From positions 1,178,001 to 1,242,000 of the forward strand of contig JBHGNT010000012.1 of assembly GCA_043228905.1 (NCBI GenBank): DNA of 64,000 nucleotides, read 5' to 3'. The notes under the pieces are model-generated. The model did not search any database. It was not told the origin of the DNA and saw nothing but the letters and a program-made list of their open reading frames with translations. This document shows, in pieces, positions 1 to 13,030 of the stretch. The DNA comes from Azolla caroliniana (lineage: Eukaryota > Plantae > Polypodiophyta). Position 1 is the stretch's first letter; every line of letters starts with the position of its first letter. Both the position numbers and the translations under genes were made by a program.

Positions 1-219
1 TTGTTGGTCTTTACTGCTGTTTTTCACTATCCTCCACACCTCAATGGAAGTACGCTCTCTCTACTTGGGTCAGATAGTATTTTCCTTGCCACACGTGAAA
101 TAGCAATCGTTGGTGGTACCGGCGTTTTTCGCTTTGCTCGTGGTGTTGCTTCCATCTCCACCATCTCTATCGATGGTCCTAATGCTATCCTCAAGTTTGA
201 CATTACACTCATCGTCTAG
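1..219 (+). CDS. Dirigent (DIR) protein, C-terminal part; 5' end lies outside the window
   Basis: ORF contains NGSTLSLLG...REIAIVGGTGVFRFARG, the conserved C-terminal dirigent motifs; stop TAG at 217-219. Confidence 0.88.
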   Translation: MLVFTAVFHYPPHLNGSTLSLLGSDSIFLATREIAIVGGTGVFRFARGVASISTISIDGPNAILKFDITLIV

Positions 220-2640
220 TTGTCATCTAAATTTGAAAGGATGTCAAACTTTTTATTATGTTGGGCTTGGGGTAAATTTGAATTTTCTTTAATGAATTGT
301 AGATGGAAATTTTATTAGGATCTCTAGTTAATTTCCAAATGTAATTCCCAAATGGTAGTCAATGTGAAGAAATCCTAAACACTTTATTTTCTTCCTTGTC
401 ATCCTACATGTCTCATGCTCTTGGTTGTCCTCATTACTTTTATATTTTTTATGTTCTTGTCACCAATGTGTCATTCTCTCTTTTATTCAATGTTTCGATT
501 GGATTGTTCAATTTTGTGTTTGCAAATATAACATCCTTGTCTAGGTTCCGCTTTGTTGTTCGAGGTTGAAACCCGATTGTTCGAATGCATTAGGTTACGC
601 TTAAGCCAATTTTATTTGTGCTTGTCAATAATCACTTTCCTTATGAGAACCCAATAAGATGACCCAAATATTAATACCATGGAAAAAAATGGTATTTCAA
701 TGAATTCTTTGGCACATACCAATTAACCACTCGAACCATATGTTGGATAGCTAATTTCGTACATCATAGAACCACACCATCCCCTTCCCCTAAAGGCGTA
801 TATCATGTTTATGTGTTAAAGAAGTATGCGTGCATCCTACTACAAGGAACAATGTCATCCCCATCTCCCCGGTGCATATTTCTTCCATCATTGTTAAGCG
901 CTTCTCAACAACATTTACTTATTTTATAAGATACGCATCAACAAAAATGTGGAATGAAGTGAGTATGTATGGGGAGATCTCCATTCTTAACTTCAAGAGT
1001 GTGTTGCACTTGAGGTGCAGAAATCTAAACACATTTTGATTCATGAAGATATATCCAATTACTTTAGTGAAACAACTTTTGATAATGAAAATATTCACTT
1101 CCGTCATACAAGGGTTTAAATATAACATGGTAGGATGGTCCATATCGCCCTACCTAACCAAATCAAATAGTTTTAGTATTATCATAATTTGTAGCATAGC
1201 ACAAACACCAACGAGTTCACAAAACACTCCATTGGACTTGCAATTCTCTAGATTGTCATTTCCGTCAAATTCATTGTGAGATAGGACTTGGAAACAAATA
1301 TAATTTGATTTACATGTTTTTGCTCTAAAAAGAGGAATGTTGTTATTTAAGGATCCCCAACTTTGCCACCAAAGAAATTGATTTGTAATGATTGTTTTTA
1401 TACAAGACATTAAAGCATATGGATATTTTTAATGAATCTCTTATTCAACAAATTTCCTACAATGATAATGGAGGTTCATGTGGTAGTGTAGATATATAAA
1501 GTGTGAAAGAAATGTTGCAAGCCAAACAATATGATGTGGGTGTGGAGCATAGAGATAGGTTTTGTTGTAACGACTTTGTAAGACATTGACGTATATAGAT
1601 GTTTTTAATGAACTATATGTGCATCGTATGTTTGTAGTCATGATGTACAAAGGGCTCATAGTCGAAATTAAATTTCACGCTTATGTTTGGTAGTTGCCCA
1701 ATTTTCTGGAACCCAATCTTGATACAATCCTTGTCTTTTAAGATGTTGGGTGATTAACGGGTTCATAACAAGGTCATTGAGAAATGTTTATAACAAGATC
1801 ATGAAAAAGTAAATTTGAAGTATGTATATAAACAAGGACTTACTAATTGGATGAGAAGTGTCAACACTTTCATGATTATCATTGCATGTTGGTGACACAA
1901 AACTATTCATTTCCACAAATGTCGAGATTTACATACAAGTACTCACTTTCGTGGGATCAACAGTAGGACTTTGCCATCATTTCCATATCTGATTTCAAAT
2001 CTAATAATACATATGATAATGAAGCTTGCAGTTGCAACTGGCTTATGACATTTTCAGAAAATGTATTTAAGTGAGCCAAAAAAAGAAAGAAATGAACCCC
2101 AAACCAATGGCATTTTGTTGTAAATTTTTGCAAATAAATTGTAACATGATTTTTATTTTCACTTTGTGACATATTTTGACATGGTATATTTTACCAAAAG
2201 ATTTGTATGGACATAAGATTTCAAAGCCACAATGTCTTGTCTTCTTTGTTTGGTTTTGTTCTCTTTGCCATATTTCTCTTCTAGTTGGTCGTGTATTTTT
2301 TCCTCACAACTCAATATATCTCTGCATGTAGCCATTGCAAACAGTGACAAAGATCAACTAGAGAACTAAAAGTGGACAAACTTGGTTCTCCGTAAGTAAC
2401 GATTACATGTGAAGCTACATGCACGTAGAATGTGGGAGTGAATATGGATATTGTGAATGTTTTGGACTTCCCTCAAAGATCAACCACTTTAACTTATTTG
2501 AATAAAATATTCTAAGGGAACAATTGTATAAGGAAAGGAAATGAACTTCACTTTGAACTATCATAATTCATTATGGCCCTTCTAGTTTATGAACCTCATC
2601 CACTCACACCTAAACTACAATTGTCCACCACTTCTCCCTT

Positions 2641-5283
2641 AACTCATTCATCCATCCCAGACAGGTTTCGTTAGAAATCAGAGCATCCTAGACAACCTAT
2701 TCTCATTCTGGGAAGCAGTAGCCCTTGCAAAGCGTACCAACAACAAGGTAGCGGTGGTGCTACTAGATTTTGAGAAAGCATATGACAAGGTATGTTGGAA
2801 CTTTCTCGAATGTGTAATGGGGAAACTCGGCTTTCAAGAGACATGGATCAAAGGCATTGCCGGACATTATAGGAATGGCAGCAATTGCGTCTCACTAGCA
2901 GGTGAAAGGGGCCCCTTTTTCTGAATATCCCGATCTGTACGACAGGGATGCCCACTAGCTCCATCCTTATTTCTATTATACGTTGAAGCACTCTCTTTCT
3001 TTCTCAACTCACGACATCTCAACCTATGTGGTCTTCCCGTGCCTCATTCTCACCAAAGCATCCTGGATATAGAATTTGCAGCAATCTACCTGCAAGGTGA
3101 CTTGGAAAACCTCCAAAAGCTCGAAAATGGGTTAGCCGTATTTTGCAAGAGATCCAATGCCATGATCAATTAGCACAAATCTTGTGCAATATGGCTTTCT
3201 CATGAAATACATCTTCTGTGGCACCCACATCCCACTTTCAAATGGATCAATCAAGGAGCGAGCACCAAATATTTGGGTTTCCAAATTGGTTTCAACATAC
3301 CGCCGGAGACTATGATTGCACCCGTTATCCATTCCATTCGACAAAAGTTGATAAATTGGAGTTTGAAAAAACTGTCGCTAGCGGGTCACATCATAGTGGC
3401 AAACCAAGTACTACTCGCAACAACATGGTACAATCTATCATGTTGGACAATCTCCAAGGAAAGTATACATCAACTTCAACGACTGGTACGCAACTACATT
3501 TGGTCTAGTAAGGAAGATCATGTAACTCGTGCCAAGGTGGCGTGGCCTATACTCACAACACCTAAGTCGAGAAGGGGATTGGGTCTTATTGATCCCCTCT
3601 CACAATCAAAAGCCTTACTTGCCAAATTTGTGGTGCAAGGACTCCAACCAGGAAATGATTGTTGGAAAATGCTACTACGGTTATGTTTCGCTTACTTTAC
3701 GCCACGAAAAGGGGTCAATTGGGCCCCCCAAATAGGATGGATTCAAAACATGGATCTCAAAGCTAGTTTCTCCCACCAATTGGAGGATAGATTCAGTGCA
3801 TCCATGTGGAAGGCATGGTGTGACATTAGACGAGGGCTCAAGTGCGATCAATTGAGTTCCGAACCTGTCTGGCTCAGCCAACGTATCCTATGGAACCCAT
3901 GTATCAAGGATGAATCTAATCAGCTACTTGGATCAAGTAAGGGGTTGTCATGGGGATACATTGCAGAAGGTCCAAGAAAAAGTATAGAATGTTGGAGACG
4001 GTTTATGTCATTGCCACTACAAGATCAAGCCAACATACCCCATGGAATCAGGGGCGGATGGTCTATGAGATTGGAAATCATTAATGCTCTACTAAGTAGG
4101 GAAGCTACTACTCAAAGGATGACAATGGAGAAATGGATAGGCTACAAGGAGGAGGGATCTTTGATCCTGAGAGGTATGGGAACACCAGACAGGATCGAAG
4201 GCTCTGAATTGCGAGACACTGAGACACCAACACAGAATAACACACTTCGAGTACTCACGTATACTGGTCATAAATGGATTGTAGATCTTGATCCGATCAA
4301 AGTACAACCTGATTGGCACATATGTACTCATGAAAACACATGGCTACGTAAGGTCAGTTGAGACCCTTTGCAATGGACGTGGCGTGATCCTTACGTGGGG
4401 CAAGGAAGCAAACCCATCCCTTTCTTCTAGTTCACAACTAGATTGGGTCGCCACATTCTAGCTGCTCAATCTGCCCGAGAGCTAGTTGTTGCAAACGTCT
4501 GGCACACATATCAAGTTCCTCACACAATTATCACAAAGTTTTGGCAAGAAATCTAGAAACAACAACACGTGAGGCGAATTACCACGTTCCAATGGCTATT
4601 AATACATAAATCACTACCAGTGGGAGCATGGCAACGTGGGAACCATAGCTCTCCTAATTGTGTAGAGTGTCCAAATGCAATAGAATCAATACGACACACT
4701 CTGTGGAACTACCCAACATGTCATCGAATATGGCGGGGGGTTGGCCGCTTATTGCAATTATGCTAGGTGCAAGGCTCAATCAAGTGGGGAAATATATGTT
4801 GGCTATCATGGCAGACCCTAGTTGGCAGATATGAGCATCAGGAGAAGGGGATGACTTTGGTGATAAAAGCACAAAAGGCTTTTTTCTCCACCATCGGCAA
4901 TGTCCACTCAACTCCTCTTAATGACAAATCTCAAGTTGTGGTAGAATTGTTCAGCCCAATAACTCTTTGGATTCTATGGAAATAACGGTGTAGACGGGTC
5001 TTCTCCAACCAAACCGTGCATCCAACAATGTTACTGCAAGAGATATGGAGTGAAATTGTAGCCACTCTAAAGAGCCAATATGATGGCCTCAAGGGTAGCT
5101 CCGATGGAGTTAAAAGACAACGAATAGCCTTCATCCAACAATGGTCGTCCTCTCCCTCTCTTGAGTCAGTGGACATCCACATAAGATGGAACTATCGCGG
5201 CCCTACAGGGATTTGTACATAATAATCTCATTTGTAAAATTTTATAACTAATGGAAGGAGTTTTTTTTTTTTTCTTTTTTTTT
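2641..5283 (+). mobile_element. 5'-truncated L1-like LINE, family A copy 1 (RT to zf-RVT to 3' end), degenerate
   Basis: Manual translation from ~2643 gives LIHPSQTGFVRNQSILDN...LLDFEKAYDKV...SVRQGCPLAP, then ORF 3273-4361 (KYLG...KKLSLAGHIIVANQVL...GLGLID) and CVECPNAIESIRHTLWNYPTC. There are in-frame stops and the RT DD dyad appears deleted. Ends in ACTAATGGAAGGAG + T-run. Confidence 0.92.
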
Positions 5284-6023
5284 GGGGGGGGGGGGGGGGG
5301 GGATGTCCTGCTCTTACTAAATAGTCACTCAAGTGACTTATACTCGACCCAACATTCATTGCAACTTTACTACAAATTTGTCTTCACACTTATCTTGACT
5401 ACTTGAACATCAAGCCACACCCTATTGACATCATCTTCATTTGGTGTACATGTTCAATAATTATTAATATCTGATATTACTTCTCTCATAATTATCATCA
5501 ACATCTCTATTGTAAACACACTTCATTTATATATTGCTTTCATCTTGATGTGAACTATAGATGGGAATGCTTTTTGTGAAATACCCTAATGTTGAGAATT
5601 TAAGCTCACACTACTCGAAAATGGTTGTTTTGGTTCTCCTTGGATGAGTATAATACCTATCTATCTTTAATTGTATGTTTTAATAAGAATCCAATCCACA
5701 TGTTGATAATGTAGTGGATTTGCCCTAGGAATCTTCTAATTGTAATTATAGAGAAATTGACAGAATTTCTTGTGCACATGCATAGCTTATAATGTAAAAA
5801 ATGGGAAATCGTGGAATATTAAAAGTGGAGCTCTTTATACCTTATTACCTTGGGTCATCAACTTCTAAATTTCAATGAAACGAATATCAGAAATAAGCCT
5901 AACATTTCAAAACAATATCAAATAAGCCAATATTAGTACCTTAGTTCTACATTTCTTTTTCTTGTTATTAAATCCTTCAACTAAGTTGATGATTAGGGGG
6001 AATGAAGCATCTCACGTTGGTAG

Positions 6024-6420
<397 letters not shown>

Positions 6421-6442
6421 ATATATGAAAGTATATAATAGA

Positions 6443-6525
6443 GAGGTGAGGAAATTGGGTTTTGAACCCAAGACACAGTGCTTGTAGTGTTATCGACTTA
6501 CCACTAGGGTAAGCTAATTACGATA
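6443..6525 (-). mobile_element. tRNA-like SINE head, family S2 copy 1
   Basis: Reverse strand reads ...ACCCTAGTGGTAAG (A-box-like)...GGGTTCAAAACCC (B-box-like); an 83-bp homolog lies at 34218-34300. Confidence 0.6.
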
Positions 6526-6540
6526 AAAAAAAAAGGAAGA

Positions 6541-6640
6541 NNNNNNNNNNNNNNNNNNNNNNNNNNNNNNNNNNNNNNNNNNNNNNNNNNNNNNNNNNNN
6601 NNNNNNNNNNNNNNNNNNNNNNNNNNNNNNNNNNNNNNNN
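6541..6640. other. Assembly gap (100 N)
   Basis: Run of n. Confidence 1.
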
Positions 6641-9600
6641 AGTGGATGTATATATATATGTGTGTGTGTGTATGCATGTATGTACGTATGTATGTGTATG
6701 TATGTGCATACATATCTATTTGCTCCCTTGGAACCACCACCTACAAAGCTCTGTCACGGAAAAATCTGTTTGTTGCTTCTACGTCCTCCTCTTCCTACAC
6801 TTCATTCATTAATAACTCTTCTACCATGCCTCCACAACCCCCAACACACACACACACACACACACACTACTATGGTGCTTCTGCACAACTCGTGAACCAG
6901 GGGCCCCACCATTGATATATATACACATATAAAAACGTGGTGAAACTTGATGGACGCCATGTTACTATTATCAATGTTATGCACGAGGTTATAATTTGCG
7001 CCCCCCTTGAGAATCTCGTCATAAATTGTTTCCTTGTATCCATAATTAAATGTCCTCGCAATCCTCCGTGCCTTCCCAATGCATACTCGTCATATTCTCC
7101 ACATTCCATTATATTAACATCCACGCGTCCTAGGGTCACAAAGTTCATCTGACTCGTTGGAGTATTCAATTCATAAGAGTTCACAATGGTGGTGTACTTG
7201 CAATTAAGAATTACACTCAACAACTACTGCAAATGTATAATGCAAGTACATACTTTGGTTCTCCCATCTAATATCGTCTACAATATGCTTAATTCAACTT
7301 AAAGATTATTTGTTCATTTCTAACCGCTAGTGGGTTTTCTCAACCTCCGCTTTGAGTTAAGATAATGGATTAAAAGGGTTAATGATGTTTAGTTGGATGG
7401 ACAAATAAAGAAACCCACTATTGAATTCATTCATCGCAACTTGAATTGTATCTTTTACAACGTGAATAATTTTGGGGAAAAAGATAACTTTGCTCACTAA
7501 AACATTGAACTTGTTACTAGGAAATGTTTATAATGGGAACCAACTTTGTAAATGATTAAATACAATAATTCTCATCTAGAACCTTATAGATTTGTGGTAT
7601 TCCTGGAGAAATCTATGAATAGGTTCTTCTTCTTCTTCTTTTAACACACATAAGTTTCTTGGATCATATACGGGAGATTACTATTTACTGCTTACTAATT
7701 TAACTCATGATTATTTCAACATTAAAGAATTCAATATAAAATTATACTTTATAAACATGCTTGACATTTACATCACACATTGTACTTTATATTATTTGGT
7801 TTACCGTAGGTTTCAAAAAATAGAAGACCTTCGATGGAAATCACCATTTATGTAAGGGCACTCACTTAAGTAAATATACTCCTTTTTTTATACAACTCCA
7901 TAAAACATTTGTGTCTAGGATATCAAGATAAAATTCCCTAAAATTTGTCCTAATGGTTGGGTCAATAGTGATATTCTCTATCGAACATTAAGAGTTAATA
8001 TAATAAACTAATAAGTCAATTCTTGCCTAAGTACATACCACCTTTTAACTACATATGAATAGACAGCTACATTTTATGAAGGGCATAGTCTCCCTTTTCT
8101 CCCATGTTTTAGTTTGAAACTTGAAGGACGTGCATATGAAGAATACCATTATTTGCAATGCACAAGATTGATCTGATCTATCTTCTTTAGTGTTGGAAAT
8201 AAACTTCTTTCTAAAGAAGTGGAACATGTGCAAAAATAACTTTCCAAGCTGTCATTGCAATGAGGAGGGGGGGGGGGGGGGGGCTTTAACTAATTGCAAT
8301 AAGATATGGACATCAAATCATAAGGATTCATTGCAATAAGGGGCAAACACCAAGTGGGTACAAATTGATCATAATTCAATACCGCCTTTTTTAAAATCTA
8401 ATATATGACCTCTTTCATAAAACTAGAAATGAATATCAACACTTTAATTAGACTATCTAAACTTATTATGAAATCTAATTAACTAAGTGATGAGTTAATA
8501 GTTAGTTATTGTCGATGATGTTTAAGTCTCATATTGGATGTTTATTGTCCTCTTGATTGACCTATGTTACCATATTTAATATGATTGATTCGTCATCTTG
8601 TTTATTACGGATCAAGCTTACGATGAAGAAAAGAATACGAAGTTAAGGGGCATAATGGATTAAGGGTGCTAAATCACACCAACCACCTTAAACAAAGGAC
8701 ACGAGACAAACATGAAATACCATCAGTGTCCAATACCACAAAGGATTACCTAATTATGTTATACATTGGTTGTGGAATATTGGATCCAAAGGTAGGAGCT
8801 TAGCCACACCAATAGAATCTTGACAACGTCTCAATATGCTGCAAAAAAGGGGCTACCCCCTCTATAGGTCCTTATGGTTCCTAGGATGACCAATTTCCCA
8901 ACTCTCTTGCCCTTAACCCATTAAAATTGGCTATAAAAATTGGTCTATAAGGTTATGCCTATACCATTGTCCAATGCTTGATCTTGCATATCTACGACAT
9001 GGCAAATGCTTCACAATGAACAATGTAATGTGTGTCAATCTTAGTAACCATTTTAGCTTGGTGTCTTTGAAATTCTATCATATATATGATGCACCATTAT
9101 TAACAATGATGATTATATTTGCATGCAACTTATTCCCCCTTAAGAACATTGTAACATCATCATGTATAACATCATGATGCGCTTTCGAGAAAGGAAAAAG
9201 TTTGCCAAACCTTTCTTTCTTTTGTCGCCTTGTTGATATATGGCACATATATGAGTAGTGTTTAATTGAGAGTCACTTGGGAACTAACCAAGTTGATAGA
9301 ACAAAAAAATGATAAACGACCAGAGGTAAAAATAAAAGGAAAAATGAGATATAGGAAGGGGAATGAGGGGGGGAGAAGAGACAATATTAGTATAAGATGA
9401 GTAATGAGATAAGTTTTGGTGGAGAGAGTAAGTAAGAACAAAGAAACAAGTTTAATTGAGAGAAGGAAGAAACAAGGGGAACAAGTTGGTTGTGAATTAG
9501 GATTACACAAATAGAAAGACACATATTAATAAAATAGAAGAAAAGAAGATAAGGGCTAAATTTCAAATGAGTTTCTTTTTTTGCATGGAAAGATACTATG

Positions 9601-9676
9601 TTAGTATTAAGAAAACGCCTTGAGGTTGTACAAGAAATTACTTAATATACATGTTATTGACCTCCCCTTTTCTTTA

Positions 9677-10447
9677 TTCTTTATTTTTTATTTTTTATTT
9701 TTTATTCCCAAAAAAACTCCTTCCATTAGTTATAAAATTTTACAAGATTATGTACAAATCCCTGTAGGGACGCAATAGTTCCATCTTATGTGGATGCCCA
9801 CTTACTCAAGAAATGGAGAGGACGACCATTGTTGGATGAAGGCTATTCGTTGTCTTTCAACTCCATCGGGGCCGCCCTTAAGGCCATCATATTGGCTCTT
9901 CAGAGTGGTTATAATTTCACTCCATATCTCTTGCAGTAACCTTGTTGGATGTGCGGTTTAGTTGGAGAAGACTCGCCTACAATGTTGTTTCCATAGAATC
10001 CAAAGAGTTATTGGGTTGACAAATTCCAACACCTCTTGAGATTTTTCATTAAGAGGAGTGGAGTGGTCATTGCTGCTGGAGGAGAAAAGGACCTCGTGTG
10101 CTTTTATCACCAAAGTCATCCCCTCCTCCTGATGCTCGTATTTGCCAACTGCGGTTTGCCATGATAGCCAACATATATTTCCCCACTTGATTGAGCCTTG
10201 CACTTGGCATAATTGTGACAAGCGGCCAACCCCCCACCATATTCGATGGGACGTTGGGTAGTCCCATAGAGCATGTTGTATTGATTCTACTACATGTGGG
10301 CACTCTACACAATTAGGACAGCTAAGGTTTCCATGTTGCCATGCTCCCATCGGTAGGGACTTATGTATTAATAGCCATTGGAATGTGGTAATTCGCTTTG
10401 CATGTTGTTGTTTCCAGATTTTCTGCCAAAACTTGGTGATTATTGTG
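9677..10447 (-). mobile_element. Heavily 5'-truncated LINE, family A copy 2, with 16-bp TSD
   Basis: Homologous to the 3' part of copy 1 (CVECPHVVESIQHALWDYPT). TSD CCTCCCCTTTTCTTTA at 9661-9676 and 10448-10463; A-rich (AAAAAT)n tail. Confidence 0.93.
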
Positions 10448-10539
10448 CCTCCCCTTTTCTTTAAGTTCTACCTATCAGCTTAACAAATAAATATTTTAGT
10501 GTAGAGTGAAACCACCCTACCTTACTAAAAACCCACATA

Positions 10540-11280
10540 TAAAATATACCTTTTTCCTATCTAGCATGAAACTTCAATCATTGTGATTCTGCTCATTGAG
10601 TGTCTCCTGTTTATATGATCCAGATTCCAACAACGTTGTAGATTAATCATTATACACAACCTCTATCTAAATTCCAGTAATTGTTTGAGCATGCCTTTCG
10701 TCACATTTTGGAATATATTTAAACAGTTTGCCTTCAAAATTTACCAAATTGTAATACTACTTACCAATTTCCCTATTTCAATTTTCCTACCCACTATTTT
10801 TTTATTCAAGGGTGTACTTGTTTTTTGCATCATACCATGTCTCAGAGAAATAGCTGTCACGGACAGATAGAGTAGAGCAAAATAGAGCTAGATGAAAGGT
10901 AAGATACAGACAAATAGAGAGCATCGACAACCTCCTTATACAACATTGGTTGACCTAATATAACTACCCATAATACCAACCCCCACGTACACACCACTTG
11001 AGGATATACGACCCTTAACATTCTTAAGATCTTTTTTCCATATTTCCATTGCAAAATCACCGCTCCACAAACAATATTTAGTAATCTCGATTGGAAGCAT
11101 ACAAAAATGACACAAATTGTCTGCATTCTCAACTTTTCTTTAGTCATCAATTGGTATAACTCTATGAATCAATGCCAACCAATTAAAATAAACAATTTTC
11201 TTGTTGATTTTTATGCCCCCATAACCATTTCCAAAATTGTTTTGAGTTTTTGTAGTGAAATTCAATTCCTTCTGTAGAAA
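10540..11280 (-). mobile_element. Old LINE 3' remnant (zf-RVT region)
   Basis: Frameshifted translation gives FWKWLWG...LIHRVIP...LCHFCMLPIEITKYCLWSGDFAMEIWKK and a later ITIW-ILKANC segment. Boundaries approximate. Confidence 0.6.
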
Positions 11281-12509
11281 ATATTTGCAGTTGGTTACTT
11301 CCTTGCCCTAGAACAAAATATCACCCCAGCAATGTGAAATCATCGAAAGAAGAAGAAGGATTGATCAGAAAGAGAGTTAAAAGGGAGAGCTCGATCCCTG
11401 TCAAAGGAGGTGAGGATGATGAAGTTTCCTCTTTAGCTTAGATTGATCGTGAACCTCTCCATGGCTATTTGTGTGACTATAGGGAGGTTGGTGAAAGGAA
11501 GCTTCTTGATGAAGCTGTCCATAAGATCCATACCATAACTTATTTGTGTAACCTCAAGTTTCAATCTTCACACATAAGGAAATACCATCCTCTATGAGAT
11601 CTTTTCCATTTCCAATATTTTTCCCCACCATACAATAAATACATGTTGACAACTTATGACCAACTAATCAATCTTCCATTTTCATGAAGATCATATAATT
11701 GTATCCTTTAAGACGACTTTTTGAGGGATTTAATGTTAATTATGTGTTCTTTTATAGTGTACATTATATGTTTGAATCATTCGCTAACAAATTTGTTAGC
11801 TAAATTATTGGCATCCCCACCCATCAACCACTTTTGAGTGCTGACATGGCTAACAAAAGATTGATAATTGTAGCCACAACTCATCTTATTTAATGTTTTG
11901 TTTTTTCACAATAGGCTCTTCTAATAAATTCAAAATAGCTTTCTATCCCATCTATCAAACATCATAAATGTGTTATACAGTCAATATCTTCATGTATGGT
12001 CCTACCTTCATTGACGTTGGGAGAAAAAGAAGAAGATGGAATTATCTCACACATGAATTTATTACTTTTTACCATTGCCTTTGAAAATAAAAAAATGTAA
12101 AGAAACACGAAGGCCAAATGGGCCCATATCAATTAAGCATTAGTATTATGTTAACATTGCCATTAAAAATTCTAAGCATAACTATTAGTTAGCAACGCCC
12201 TTAAAAGTAAAAAATGTCAAAGAACCCCACAACTGGTTTTTTAGAGGAAGTTACCAGCACTCTTTATGGAGCACTCAACAAATTGTAATAGTTGATTCTA
12301 CTAAGGAGTTGTTATGAACGACCTCACACTATAAGAATTTTTAAATGTAACATAACCCCTAGTCAGTACTAAGACTTTGAGCAAACATTTTTGTGTATTG
12401 CCAACACACTCTTATATGATATTTATATTTATCTTCTAATTAGTTTATCTATTCGCATATGATGATATATTGATTTATTCTGTTTATATTTATATTTAAA
12501 GTATATTTG

Positions 12510-12905
12510 TATTAGTTTTTTTTCCTAGAAAGATACTCCATGAGTACTAAGAAAACCGGTCTTTATTAGACCATCTATACAAGAAAATCTCCCCATCCTT
12601 TAAGTTCTAGCTATCATCTTAAATAAATATTTCTATGTAGAGTAAAACCTCTCCACCTGATAAAAAAACAGCCTATAAAATATATCTTTCTCCCATATGG
12701 AATGAAACATCAATGATTGCAGATTGCAATTTTGCTTGTTGAGTGTCAATATTGTCCGAACCACGTATGTCCAAATTTCGGTACTCCTTTGAGAGAAACT
12801 TTCTTTCACATTTTATAATACCTTCAAACACCTTGCTTTCCAAATATACCAAATTATAATAATAATCACTATTTTTGGATTCAAGGGTATATTTGCACTC
12901 TATTA
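12510..12905 (-). mobile_element. Old LINE 3'-end remnant
   Basis: An alternate frame gives IIIIWYIWKARCLKV (cf. ITIWHIWTARCTRVF in the full LINE); ends in ACTCATGGAGTA...GGAAAAAAA. Confidence 0.6.
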
Positions 12906-13030
12906 TCACCATAGAGAATCTTAAAAAGCCATGTCAAACCATGACTCAAGAATTGTGTGTACATTGGGAAGACGTGGCTAGATGTCTACCGGAAGCATTC
13001 AATGGTTATACATTGGAATATATCAAACCT

